Below, one piece after another: positions 39,742 to 49,481 of a stretch of 50,663 nucleotides of DNA. The DNA is from Nitrosomonas sp. (GTDB lineage: Bacteria; Pseudomonadota; Gammaproteobacteria; Burkholderiales; Nitrosomonadaceae): NCBI GenBank assembly GCA_039807765.1, contig JBDHRU010000001.1, forward strand, positions 1-50,663, given 5' to 3'. The position numbers were made by a program, and so were the translations under genes. Under the pieces are notes generated by a model that saw only the letters and a program-made list of their open reading frames with translations, was not told where the DNA came from and ran no database searches. The first letter of the stretch is position 1. Each line of letters opens with the position of its first letter.

Positions 39742-40619
39742 GACAGATGACTTGATCGTTGCCGCCCGGCCAGATCGCGCGCGAATTGCCATGCCACCCG
39801 CCCGCTGCGCGAGCCGCGCTCGATTGCCCATTGCAACGCTTCGGTGCGCGCCAGCGTGCTCATCTCAGCGATGCCGAAATAAGCCAGCCAGTAGCGCACA
39901 ATATCCAGATATTGATCTTGGTCGAACGGATAAAACGACACCCACAGCCCGAAACGCTCCGATAGCGAAATTTTTTCCTCGATGGCTTCGCTCGGATGCA
40001 CCTCGTCGCCAATATGCTTAGTGTCGAGATTGTCGCGCATGAACTCCGGCACCATATGACGCCGGTTTGATGTGGCATAAATCAGCACGTTGTCGGATAC
40101 CGTGGCGATCGAGCCGTCCAACACTACCTTGAGTGCTTTGTAGCCAGGCTCATTGGTTTCAAAAGACAGATCGTCGCAAAACAAAATGAACCGCTCCGGA
40201 CGCCGGTAAATCTTTTCCACGATGTCGTGCAGGTCGACCAGATGATGCTTCTCCACTTCGATCAGGCGCAAGCCATCCTGCGCATACTTATTCAACAGCG
40301 CTTTGATCAACGAGGATTTGCCGGTACCGCGCGCACCGGTCAGCAGCACGTTATTGGCGGAAAATCCCTGTACGAATTGCTGCGTGTTCTGGTCGATGCG
40401 CCATTTCTGCTCATTAATGCCGCATAATGCATCGAGTGTGATGCGATGCGGTTGCGTCACCGGTTGAATAAATCCGCTATTTCCTTGCCTGCGCCAGCGG
40501 AAAGCGATTGCCGTTTGCCAGTCCGGTTCCGGCTGCGCGAGCGGCAGTAGCTTCTCTAAGTGATCGAGCAGCTTGTCTACTCGTTGATAAAATTTGTCCC
40601 AATCGCTCACGATCCACAC
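39738..40619 (-). CDS. DUF815-family AAA+ ATPase
   Basis: ANNVLLTGARGTGKSS, FCDDLSFE, YATSNRRH, RGSRSGRVAWQF; exact start uncertain. Confidence 0.88.
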   Translation of the reverse strand: MWIVSDWDKFYQRVDKLLDHLEKLLPLAQPEPDWQTAIAFRWRRQGNSGFIQPVTQPHRITLDALCGINEQKWRIDQNTQQFVQGFSANNVLLTGARGTGKSSLIKALLNKYAQDGLRLIEVEKHHLVDLHDIVEKIYRRPERFILFCDDLSFETNEPGYKALKVVLDGSIATVSDNVLIYATSNRRHMVPEFMRDNLDTKHIGDEVHPSEAIEEKISLSERFGLWVSFYPFDQDQYLDIVRYWLAYFGIAEMSTLARTEALQWAIERGSRSGRVAWQFARDLAGRQRSSHLS

Positions 40620-40628
40620 ACTCTTTGA

Positions 40629-41852
40629 TCAACTGCGGTAGCTGGCATTGATCTTGACGTAATCGTAGGAAAAATCGCAGGTCCACACGGTAGCCGATGC
40701 GGCGCCACGATTGAGTACGACGCGGATGGTGATTTCGGCTTGATTCATTACGCGCTGTCCGTCCTCCTCGCGGTAGTCCGCTGCGCGGCCGCCTTTTTCC
40801 GCCACCAGTACGTCGTCGAGATACAGTTGAATGCCATCGACGTTCAAATCATCGATTCCGGCATAACCGATCGCCGCGAGAATTCTGCCCAGGTTCGGGT
40901 CGGAAGCAAAGAAAGCCGTCTTGACCAGCGGCGAATGTGCAATCGCATAAGCCACCTGGGTGCATTCGTCCTTGCTTTTGCCATCCTCCACCTGCACGGT
41001 TATGAACTTGGTCGCGCCTTCGCCGTCGCGCACGATCATTTTTGCCAGATCTACCGCAACTGTAGTGATCGCATCCTGCAATTGGCAAAATTCCTCGGTA
41101 TGCGGATTGACAATTTCCTTATTGCCAACCTTGCCGGTTGCCATGACGATGAAGGCATCGTTGGTTGACGTGTCGCCATCCACCGTGATGCGGTTGAACG
41201 AATGATCCGCCGCGTATTTCGTCAGTTTTTGCAGCATCGCATCGCTGATGGCTGCATCGGTGGCAACATAGCCCAGCATCGTCGCCATGTTGGGGCGGAT
41301 CATGCCGGAGCCCTTGGCAATACCGGTAATCGTAACGGTCTTGCCTTGGATCTGCACTTGTTTTGACGCCGCTTTCGGCACAATATCGGTGGTCATGATC
41401 GCGTGCGCGGCATCGAACCAATTATCCGCTTTGAGGTTTGCCAACGCGGCGGGCATTCCCTGGACAATCTTATCTACCGGCAAAGGCTCCATGATCACCC
41501 CGGTGGAAAACGGCAACACTTGCTGCGGTGCAAAGCCCAGCAGTTTGGCTAGGGCAGCGCAAGTGGTTTGCGCATGCAGAATACCGGATTCACCGGTTCC
41601 GGCATTGGCGTTGCCGGTATTGACCACCAGTGCGCGCACCGATTGCGCCAAATGCTGCTTCGCCACAGTCACCGGCGCAGCGCAAAAACGGTTCTGCGTA
41701 AACACCCCGGCGGTTTTGCTACCCTCGGACAGCACCATCACCAGCAAATCCTTGCGATTGGCCTTTTTAATCCCCGCTTCGGCGATGCCGAGCGTGACAC
41801 CCGCAACGGGCAGCAATTGTTCGGGCGTTAACGGCGGAATATTGACGGGCAT
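40629..41852 (-). CDS. argJ: Bifunctional ornithine acetyltransferase/N-acetylglutamate synthase
   Basis: [22 protein letters not shown] autocleavage motif, [17 protein letters not shown]; start reset to ATG at 41852 (GAGG SD). Confidence 0.96.
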   Translation of the reverse strand: MPVNIPPLTPEQLLPVAGVTLGIAEAGIKKANRKDLLVMVLSEGSKTAGVFTQNRFCAAPVTVAKQHLAQSVRALVVNTGNANAGTGESGILHAQTTCAALAKLLGFAPQQVLPFSTGVIMEPLPVDKIVQGMPAALANLKADNWFDAAHAIMTTDIVPKAASKQVQIQGKTVTITGIAKGSGMIRPNMATMLGYVATDAAISDAMLQKLTKYAADHSFNRITVDGDTSTNDAFIVMATGKVGNKEIVNPHTEEFCQLQDAITTVAVDLAKMIVRDGEGATKFITVQVEDGKSKDECTQVAYAIAHSPLVKTAFFASDPNLGRILAAIGYAGIDDLNVDGIQLYLDDVLVAEKGGRAADYREEDGQRVMNQAEITIRVVLNRGAASATVWTCDFSYDYVKINASYRS

Positions 41853-42155
41853 GACCATTCCTCGCGATGATTGAAAAGCCGCTATGCTACCGTATCTGCA
41901 ATTTCGTTTGTCAGAAATTACGATTGCATTTACTCTGAAACGAACCGGATTTTCGGGGTGCGGGTTTTGCGGTCGATGACGCCGCAAGAATTCAGATGCC
42001 ACATTCGGAATTGATGGGATGAGTTTTATAAATGAGCGTATTTTGCCGTTCGTATTCGATTCAAGAAATATTCCGAATGCCCGATTACCAATCCAGCAGG
42101 TTACTGACATTGAGCAGTGTGTGGTAATCGGGCTGCGGGAAACCGGATATCAACT

Positions 42156-42194
42156 CAAATCAAATCAAATCAATCATATTAACAATCATATTAA
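42156..42194 (+). repeat. (CAAAT)3 followed by (CAATCATATTAA)2 upstream of the response regulator
   Basis: Read directly; ends 12 bp before the ATG. Confidence 0.85.
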
Positions 42195-42206
42195 ATTTGT
42201 TGTCAA

Positions 42207-42902
42207 ATGCGCTTAGGAATACTTGAAGACGAGCCAACTCAGGTGGCCATTTATGAGCTACTGCTTTCGCCGGAGCGATATCAGTGTGAATTCTTTGGAA
42301 CCATTGCTTCATTTCTCGATGCGCTAAGGGATAGAAAATTCGATTTGCTCGTGCTCGACTGGATACTGCCCGATGGTACCGCCGGGGAAGCGATCAAATG
42401 GATCCGTAGGAATCTGGATTGGCATATTCCGATCATTTGCGTCACCTCATGCAATAATGAGTCGGATGTCGTTAACGTTCTATATATGGGAGCGGATGAT
42501 TATTTTGTGAAATCTTCCCGGCATTTTGAGTTGCTCGCCAGAATTGAAACCCTAGCGCGGCGTAGCAGGGAAAGACAGCCTGCGCTATTGCAGTTTGGGC
42601 CGTACGAAATCGACCCGGAAAATCAGGCGATCATCGTTGATGGCAAAAATGCTGGTCTTACCCAAAAAGAATTTGCGCTCGCATGCTATCTGTTTCAAAA
42701 CATCAACAAACTGTTGTCGCGCATTCATCTGCTGGAAAAAATATGGGGATTATCGGCAGAAATCGATACGCGTACCGTGGATACGCACATCAGCCGCATC
42801 CGTCATAAGCTTAGCCTGTCAGCGCGAAGCGAATGGGATATTTTGACGATTTATGGTTACGGTTATCGTCTGCAACATGCCAAGGCTGCTGAACCGGCTT
42901 AA
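42207..42902 (+). CDS. OmpR/PhoB-family response regulator (no adjacent kinase)
   Basis: LEDE, LDWILPDG, GADDYFVK receiver; LTQKEF...RTVDTHISRIR...YGYGYRL winged helix. Confidence 0.92.
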   Translation: MRLGILEDEPTQVAIYELLLSPERYQCEFFGTIASFLDALRDRKFDLLVLDWILPDGTAGEAIKWIRRNLDWHIPIICVTSCNNESDVVNVLYMGADDYFVKSSRHFELLARIETLARRSRERQPALLQFGPYEIDPENQAIIVDGKNAGLTQKEFALACYLFQNINKLLSRIHLLEKIWGLSAEIDTRTVDTHISRIRHKLSLSARSEWDILTIYGYGYRLQHAKAAEPA

Positions 42903-42970
42903 TAACCGCAAGCATGATTGGCAAGTTTCTGGTATCGAGATTGTTTTTATCGACTGACATTTCTTTCCGT

Positions 42971-43047
42971 AATTAATCAGCGTTTCCTTAAAGCAGTTAC
43001 TCTTCTTGAATCTCTGCGGGTTCAATTCCCCGCTGCTTGCGGCGGGG
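42971..43047. mobile_element. Mobile element scars: IS5-like end and GC-rich hairpin
   Basis: AATTAATCAGCGTTTCC-TTAA (42971-91) matches the end motif at 10212 and 43778; CCCCGCTGCTTGCGGCGGGG hairpin (43028-47) resembles IS200/IS605-type or REP-like palindromes. Confidence 0.45.
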
Positions 43048-43058
43048 TGCTTTATTCG

Positions 43059-43114
43059 TAGTCATTATTTCCTCTTTTTTTAGTACTGATGTACTAGAAG
43101 TTTCTTCAGTTCAT
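43059..43114. promoter_or_regulatory. Operator-like block with palindrome TAGTAC-TGAT-GTACTA
   Basis: Perfect 6-bp arms at 43081-96; ungapped 29/41 match to 26040-26080. Confidence 0.55.
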
Positions 43115-43306
43115 TCTGATATGCTTGGAAAGCTTTGAATAATTGTCCATGCAAGCAATTCTGTGTCACATGATGTTTGAAAATTGACTTATCTGAATGA
43201 TATGTTTAATTTTTATGTTTCCGCCGCGTATTTCAACTGACTCAGTGAATTGTCCAGTCATTATTCTTGACATGAAATGAATCAATAAGAGAAATGAGGA
43301 GTTGAT

Positions 43307-43780
43307 ATGGTTAATATCATTGTGACCGCAGACAGTAGAAAGCAGGATCGTCGTCAGAACATGCCATTTTTTTGCGCTTACCATTTGGGGATCAAAGTGG
43401 GCAGGCGAGGCGCGGAACGGAGAGTTTCAGCGCGAGGGAAACCGGAATACGTCGATCGTTATGCGGGAAGTTTGCTGTTTTGCGTCATTGCAATTTTATT
43501 TTTAAGCGCACTGGATGCTCATTTGACGCTCAACATCTTGAGTAGTGGCGGCGAAGAGATCAATTGGTTCATGGCGGTTCTGATCGAGGAAAGTGTGGAA
43601 AAGTTTGTTGCGTTAAAACTTGCGCTTACTGCAATGGCGCTTATCTTGCTGGTGATTCATCATAATGTGCGATTGGTTAAGTTTCTACGCGTCAGGCATC
43701 TCAAGTACATGATCCTCACCGGTTACAGCACATTGATCGGTTACGAATGGCATTTGTTGGAGCTGGCTGCTGTACTTTAG
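43307..43780 (+). CDS. DUF5658-like small membrane protein
   Basis: Arg-rich N-terminus (DRR/ERR), YVDRY, LSALDAHLTL..LSSGGEEIN, about three TMs; GAGGAG SD. Confidence 0.7.
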   Translation: MVNIIVTADSRKQDRRQNMPFFCAYHLGIKVGRRGAERRVSARGKPEYVDRYAGSLLFCVIAILFLSALDAHLTLNILSSGGEEINWFMAVLIEESVEKFVALKLALTAMALILLVIHHNVRLVKFLRVRHLKYMILTGYSTLIGYEWHLLELAAVL

Positions 43781-43920
43781 GGAAACGCTGAAAAACGACT
43801 GCGCTCTTCAAGCTGCGTTGAAATCAGGTTCAAAATACTCATTTATTAAGCATAAGCTACGTTTTTTCGCTTGCTTTGCCTTGCATCAGCTTCCTCGAGA
43901 GTATTTTTCAATAACCTGCC
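43778..43920. mobile_element. ~140-bp MITE-like repeat
   Basis: Starts TAG-GGAAACGCTGAAAAA, ends TTTTTCAATAACCTGC; internal CTGCGTTGAAA..CTCATTTA..GCCTTGCATC resembles a dispersed proteobacterial MITE (from recall, not searched). Confidence 0.65.
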
Positions 43921-43954
43921 GAGTTGGGCAATTCGGTAGTGCAATTCCAAAGAA

Positions 43955-45310
43955 TCAATATGAATTCGTTTTGAAATAGCTGGTGATATTTCTTAAATCA
44001 TCCAGCACCAAAGTGCCGGCGGCTAATTGCAGGCGCAAATAAGCCAGTAGGTAATCGTACCGCGCTTGCGAGAGATCGCGCTGTGCCGTGTACAGTTGTT
44101 GCTGAGCTTCCAGTAAGTTCAAATTGATGCGGATGCCGCCACGGATGCTTTTTTCTGTTGCAGCAACAAGCAGTTCGGCTGACTTGACTGCCAGTTCTAA
44201 CGATTCAATTTTTTTGACACCACTTTTTAGCAAATTATGTTGCTTCTTTAGCTCAACCAGTACTTTGTCGGTCATTGCGTCGAGGTCGGCTTCAGCGCGT
44301 GCGTGATTCGCTTTTGCTTGCGCCGTCAGTGCATTCACCCGGCCGCCTGCGTATAAAGGAAAATTGACTTCGACACCAATGGTGCCAAGTTCGGCGTCTT
44401 GGTTGCGCGTGATAAAAGATCCGCGGTTATTTTTTGATAAGCTGGCGACTAAATCAACGCGTGGCGCGTGACCGGCGAAATTCTTTCTGATTTCTTCCTT
44501 GCCGGATGTTACGGTGTGCCGCTGCGTTACAATCTCGGCATTGCGTTCCAGAGCCATGGCATGCCATTCGTCATAATCTTGCAACTGAATGGATCGAGTA
44601 TTAAACGCAGGAGATAATCGATCGAGTTGAGTTATTTTTTGTCCCACGATGGCTTCAAGTTTAAGTTGAGCGGATTCCAGCTCGTCTTTTGCTTCAATCG
44701 CTTTGGCTTGGGCAATCGCGTGCTTCGATTGTGTTTCCAGCACATCGGTGGTGGTGCCTTCGCCTTTTATCAACATGCGTTCGTTGACGCGCTTGAGCTC
44801 ATCAAGGGCATTCAGTTGCGCTTCGGTAATTTTGACATGATCCTGCGCAAGCAACGTTTCAACATAGGCTTCCACTAACCGTACAACCAATTGCTGGCTG
44901 CGCCCGGTGAACTTGGCCCGGCTTGAACTGGCTTGTGCTTTACCCATTCGGTAACTAGCCATAGCTTCTAAATTGATCAATGGCTGACGCAGTGTTAGCG
45001 AGCTGATCTGACTATCGAAATGAGTAGGGCCAGAAAAGTGGGATTGATTTCCTCTGCTATCCGTTTGCACGCCTGATATGGTTCCTGCACTTTTACTTTG
45101 ATTGTGAGTAATAGTCAGGTTAGGCAGCAAGCTTGCCAAGCCGATAGCTTCCGCTTGTTGCCCAGCTTCATTTTCATGATAAGCGGAGCGGTAAATCGGG
45201 TCATACTGGAGCGCGGCTTCATAAGCATCCAACAGATTCATTGCTTGAACAGAGCTTAATGAGCCGAACAAAAGCCAAGCAGAAAATGAGATTTTAGAGA
45301 TATCCATCAT
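43955..45310 (-). CDS. Type I secretion outer membrane protein (TolC family, PrtF/AprF-like)
   Basis: AYEAALQYDP, GEGTTTDVLE, FPLYAGG, ARYDYLLAYLRL; third gene of T1SS operon. Confidence 0.92.
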   Translation of the reverse strand: MMDISKISFSAWLLFGSLSSVQAMNLLDAYEAALQYDPIYRSAYHENEAGQQAEAIGLASLLPNLTITHNQSKSAGTISGVQTDSRGNQSHFSGPTHFDSQISSLTLRQPLINLEAMASYRMGKAQASSSRAKFTGRSQQLVVRLVEAYVETLLAQDHVKITEAQLNALDELKRVNERMLIKGEGTTTDVLETQSKHAIAQAKAIEAKDELESAQLKLEAIVGQKITQLDRLSPAFNTRSIQLQDYDEWHAMALERNAEIVTQRHTVTSGKEEIRKNFAGHAPRVDLVASLSKNNRGSFITRNQDAELGTIGVEVNFPLYAGGRVNALTAQAKANHARAEADLDAMTDKVLVELKKQHNLLKSGVKKIESLELAVKSAELLVAATEKSIRGGIRINLNLLEAQQQLYTAQRDLSQARYDYLLAYLRLQLAAGTLVLDDLRNITSYFKTNSY

Positions 45311-45315
45311 TACCG

Positions 45316-46668
45316 CTACTCTTCACTCAAAGCTGAATGCACACGATCCAGGATCGGTTTGAATAGATAACTCAACAACGAGCGTTCACCCGTTTTGATA
45401 AATATTTCTACCGGCATACCCGCGCGTATCTGTTCCTCGGCGAGTTTTTTCATACCCTCGGGTGTTACGGCAGCTTTCATATTGTAGTACGGTAGCCCGC
45501 TTCGTTCATCCACGAGGCGATCTGCTGATACTTGGGTGACAATACCCGGAATATTGGGTGTTTTCTTTTGATTCAATGCAGAGAAAATGAGATCGACCGG
45601 CAAATCGACATGCACCTTGTCAATCAAGTGAACCGGTACTTGTCCGGTAACGATCAGTGTGTCGTCGCTGGGCACGATATCCATCAATTTGAATCCCGGG
45701 CTGATAACGCCGCCTTCGGTAAACACATTCATGCCGACCACGATACCGTCCACAGGCGCTTTAACCTCAATGTTGGCCAGTTCAAAATCTTGTCCATTCA
45801 AGCGATTGCGTAAGGAGTCAGCTTCCCGCTTCGCTTCGGTTAGCTGCTGTCCTACCTCCTTTTGGTATTCCTGTTGACGATGAACGCGCCGCTGCTCCTG
45901 TTCGGCGATTTGCCGTTGAATCCGGCCGATGTTTCCGGTTTCGGAAAAAATATCACCGGTCAATTGTGTATACGTACGCTCCAGCTCCAGCACGCGATTG
46001 CGAGGCACAAAACCGTCGTGCTCCAGATCGCGCATGTTGACTAATTGTTCCTCCAGAAATTTCAATTGCGTATTTTTACTGTTTTTTGATGCTTCCAGTC
46101 CGCGCAATTGCATTTTTAAACCGGCAATATTCTCATCCAGTGCGCCGATTTCGTGTCGCAGAGCCAATCTGCGCGATGTGAAGAGCTGAGTTTGTATGGC
46201 GATATTGTTGGCGACGCGCGGATCACTTTGCAGCGCCAATAAGTCTTGCGGAAACGTGATTTTGTCCATTCCATCACGTTCCGCTAATAAACGGGCTTCC
46301 ATGGTCAGGGCGGTATAGAGTTGGCTGCGGGTGATCTCAGCTTGCGCCTTGACCTGAGTATCGTTCATCCGTACCAGCACTTGGCCGACTTTTACATGAT
46401 CACCTTCCTTGATCAGAATGCTGTCGATAATTCCACCGATTTGATGCTGAACAGCTTGCAGATGACTGGCTACAGCGACGGTGCCCGGAACCGGGACGCC
46501 TTTTTCCAGCGGTGCAAAAGCCGCCCACAGAATGAATCCGCCGAAACCCGCCAGCACGATCCACCAACCCAATCGGGTATGCAGCGTTTCGTCTGTTTCC
46601 ACATGATGCGTTGAATCCGCTGGAACATTTTCAATAACGGTCTTTTTTTCTTCAGCTGCGAGCTTCAT
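45316..46668 (-). CDS. Type I secretion membrane fusion protein (HlyD family, PrtE/AprE-like)
   Basis: WAAFAPLEKGV, VQHQIGG, KAPVDG, GMPVEIFIKTGERSLLSYL. Confidence 0.94.
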   Translation of the reverse strand: MKLAAEEKKTVIENVPADSTHHVETDETLHTRLGWWIVLAGFGGFILWAAFAPLEKGVPVPGTVAVASHLQAVQHQIGGIIDSILIKEGDHVKVGQVLVRMNDTQVKAQAEITRSQLYTALTMEARLLAERDGMDKITFPQDLLALQSDPRVANNIAIQTQLFTSRRLALRHEIGALDENIAGLKMQLRGLEASKNSKNTQLKFLEEQLVNMRDLEHDGFVPRNRVLELERTYTQLTGDIFSETGNIGRIQRQIAEQEQRRVHRQQEYQKEVGQQLTEAKREADSLRNRLNGQDFELANIEVKAPVDGIVVGMNVFTEGGVISPGFKLMDIVPSDDTLIVTGQVPVHLIDKVHVDLPVDLIFSALNQKKTPNIPGIVTQVSADRLVDERSGLPYYNMKAAVTPEGMKKLAEEQIRAGMPVEIFIKTGERSLLSYLFKPILDRVHSALSEE

Positions 46669-46728
46669 TATTTTTCTGTCCGGTAATCAGTATTTCTCGA
46701 TGTGCGATGGCAAAGGCATGGCAAAAAA

Positions 46729-48513
46729 TCAGCCAGCTTGGGAATTGATCGTGTTGGCGGTCTGGGGTGCTTGGTTTTGCGCAGTTGATTGTTCGGCTTT
46801 TTTTTGCGCCAGCTGCGCCTGTTGTGCTTGTTGTTTCGTCAGCGCTTCCACCACTTGATTGGTCGGCCCGAATAGTTTCGCCGTTCCTTCTTGCAATATG
46901 AGCAATTTAGTGGTTGCGCTGAGGATGCTGGTGCGGTGTGTGATCAAAACAATGGTTTTGCCGCGTTTGCGCAGATCAACGATAGCGGCCAGCAGTGCCT
47001 GTTCACCCACATCATCGAGATTGGAATTGGGTTCGTCGAGCACGATCAGCGAGGGGTCGTCGTACATTGCGCGCGCCAAGCCGATGCGTTGTTTTTGTCC
47101 ACCGGAAAGACCGGCGCCGCCATCACCCAAAAGCGTATCGTAACCTTCCGGCATATTCAGGATCATTTCATGAACGCCGGCGCGTTTGGCCGCCAGGATA
47201 ACTTTTTCCGCATTCACTTCACCGAAGCGAGCGATATTTTCTGAAACCGAACCTGCAAAGAGTTCGATATCCTGCGGTAAATATCCGATGTGCGGTCCCA
47301 GTTCGTCTTTGTTCCATTGATAGACATCGGCACTATCCAATCTGACTTTCCCTGAAGCGGCCGGCCAAACGCCAACCAGTAAGCGTGCCAATGTCGATTT
47401 TCCTGATCCACTCGGGCCGATGATGCCGAGTACTTCACCGGCAGCCAAGGAAAAGGTTAATCCCTTGAGCACTGGGACCTTGCTGCCGGGCGGGGCTGCC
47501 ATTACATTTTCGACGGCAACGAAACCTTGCGGTTTAGGCAGCGCCATTCCGACCTTTCTTTCGGGATACTGATCAAGCAATTTAACCAATCGTTCGTAGG
47601 CGCTACGCGTACCACCGATTTGCTTCCATACGCTGATCAATAATTGCACCGGTGCAATGGCTCTGCCCAACAGGATGGAACCGGCGATCATCATGCCCGG
47701 CGTAATGCTGTCGTCCAGAACCAGCAAAGCGCCCAACCCCAGCATCAACGACTGCAATGCGACAGTGCAGGATTTCGACAATGCCGTGACAATACCGGCT
47801 TTTTCACTGGCTTCGGCTTGCAGATTGAGAAAACGGCGATGCAGTTTGTACCAGCGCGATTGAAGACTGGGCAGCATGCCCATCGCTTCGATAACTTCGG
47901 CATTGCGTAGATTATTGGAGGCGATATTGGTGGATGCAATCGCCATCGAATTAGCCTCGGCTAACGGTTTATGCGAAATTTTTTCATTGATGTAGGCCAG
48001 TACGATAAGTATGACCGTACCACACAAAGCAAAAACACCCAAAATAGGGTTAAACATGAAGATCACGAATAAATAAACCGGAAACCACGGTGCGTCAAAA
48101 AAAGCGAACAATGCATTGCCGGTAAGGAATTGCCGCAGATTGGTCAGATCCTTTAAAGCTTGTCCGGCATTGCTGTCGCCTTGTTTCAGGCTTGCCTCGA
48201 AAGCAGCGGTATATATGCGCTTATTCAATTTCATATCGAGTTGCGCCCCGACACGGATTAGTACAAAGCTGCGCACGTATTCCAGTGCTCCCATGAACGT
48301 GTAGGCGCCCAGCATGATCAGCGTCAGCATGAGCAGGGTCATTTCGTTGCGGCCGGTTAATACGCTGTCATAAAGCTGCAGCATATAAATAGCCGGCATG
48401 AGCATCAACACATTGATGACTGCACTGAAAACGCCGATGTTTCTAAAGGCTATCTTAAAGCTGGTCAGTACCTGTGCAATTTCATTCTGAGGCGCTTTAA
48501 ATTTGAACTTCAT
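46729..48513 (-). CDS. Type I secretion ABC transporter (PrtD/AprD-like, no C39 domain)
   Basis: YMLQLYDSVL, AFFDAPW, Walker A GPSGSGKS, LSGGQKQR, LDEPNSNLD. Confidence 0.95.
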   Translation of the reverse strand: MKFKFKAPQNEIAQVLTSFKIAFRNIGVFSAVINVLMLMPAIYMLQLYDSVLTGRNEMTLLMLTLIMLGAYTFMGALEYVRSFVLIRVGAQLDMKLNKRIYTAAFEASLKQGDSNAGQALKDLTNLRQFLTGNALFAFFDAPWFPVYLFVIFMFNPILGVFALCGTVILIVLAYINEKISHKPLAEANSMAIASTNIASNNLRNAEVIEAMGMLPSLQSRWYKLHRRFLNLQAEASEKAGIVTALSKSCTVALQSLMLGLGALLVLDDSITPGMMIAGSILLGRAIAPVQLLISVWKQIGGTRSAYERLVKLLDQYPERKVGMALPKPQGFVAVENVMAAPPGSKVPVLKGLTFSLAAGEVLGIIGPSGSGKSTLARLLVGVWPAASGKVRLDSADVYQWNKDELGPHIGYLPQDIELFAGSVSENIARFGEVNAEKVILAAKRAGVHEMILNMPEGYDTLLGDGGAGLSGGQKQRIGLARAMYDDPSLIVLDEPNSNLDDVGEQALLAAIVDLRKRGKTIVLITHRTSILSATTKLLILQEGTAKLFGPTNQVVEALTKQQAQQAQLAQKKAEQSTAQNQAPQTANTINSQAG

Positions 48514-48590
48514 CTGATTGTGGATACCGTGCTGTTGAATGATTTATCGGTGAAAATACAATTTGTTGGATTAATTATAATTGTGAATGG

Positions 48591-49481
48591 TTAGTTTTGA
48601 CTAGGCAAATCGCTTATTGTCAGATTGAACGGTCGCGGGGAAAAGTGTAAATCCTGTTTTGCATCCGAACAGTCAAATTTTAAATCCTGATTCATTCTTT
48701 CCGCCATAGCCGTTGTCCAGTTGCGATAGTGCGGCAGCCATTTTAGTCCCCAGGTAGCTATCCGAAAAAGCCACGGTGGCACCGTAAATATACGTATCGG
48801 ACGATTCATCGCTGCAAACACCCGCTCTACCATTGCGCGATAGGTCAAAGTTTCTCCGCCGCTCAAATTATAGGCGCGGCTGGGCGAATTTATCGCGCCC
48901 AGCGCCGCATAGCATGCCGCGGCGACATCTTCAACATGCACCGGTTGCCGCAAACCGCATGCCGGCCCCAGTAGGGGGAAGAATCCGAAGCGGTGGATGA
49001 ATCGTGCAATTTCGGCGATATTCTTGTCGCGCCCGTACCCGTAAATCAAGGTTGGGCGCAATATGATCCATGCTACCCCGTGCGCGGCGGCCCATGTTTG
49101 TAAACGTGCTTCACCCTCGACCAGCTGCTGTGCAATTCTTCTTTCACGGGGATCGGGTGAGGTAGTTTTGGTGAAACGGCTGGTGGAAGATAGCACGACA
49201 ATCCGCCGGGCGTGATAGGTTGATAAAAGATCAAAGTATTCCGGCAATACCCAAATGGGCGCTACACATAACCAAGCATGAATTTCATTTTCTTCGTTGC
49301 GATCTTTAACCGCGCCTATTGTAGCAAATTGCCGCCATGTGACTTGCGGGTGCGGCGTTAAGCTTGTGATGGAACGGCGCGAGAATGCGGTGACATACCA
49401 GTCATGCGCAAGCAATTTTTTTATCACGCACTCTCCCGTCAAACTTGTGGCGCCCAATAACCCAATGCGGCGTTCATTCAT
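48591..49481 (-). CDS. NAD-dependent epimerase/dehydratase-like (atypical SDR)
   Basis: GATSLTG Rossmann motif, ILRPTLIYG, RQPVHVEDVA, YNLSGGETL. Confidence 0.8.
   Translation of the reverse strand: MNERRIGLLGATSLTGECVIKKLLAHDWYVTAFSRRSITSLTPHPQVTWRQFATIGAVKDRNEENEIHAWLCVAPIWVLPEYFDLLSTYHARRIVVLSSTSRFTKTTSPDPRERRIAQQLVEGEARLQTWAAAHGVAWIILRPTLIYGYGRDKNIAEIARFIHRFGFFPLLGPACGLRQPVHVEDVAAACYAALGAINSPSRAYNLSGGETLTYRAMVERVFAAMNRPIRIFTVPPWLFRIATWGLKWLPHYRNWTTAMAERMNQDLKFDCSDAKQDLHFSPRPFNLTISDLPSQN

Noticed and set aside
41853-42110. Long N-terminal extension of ArgJ in the ORF track (similarly for ybgC and the Nudix gene)
   Set aside because: Artefact of longest-ORF calling; SD position or ATGA overlaps support the later starts.
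43014-43034. GGGTTCAATTCCC resembling a tRNA T-arm
   Set aside because: Only 3 stem pairs form, and there is no acceptor, D or anticodon arm; better explained as part of the palindromic scar.
43081-43096. Palindrome as a LexA/SOS box
   Set aside because: Does not match the proteobacterial CTGT-N8-ACAG box; the variants at 26062 and 26086 are GTTC-N4-GTAC, the opposite polarity to GAAC-N4-GTTC, and the neighbouring genes are not DNA repair genes.
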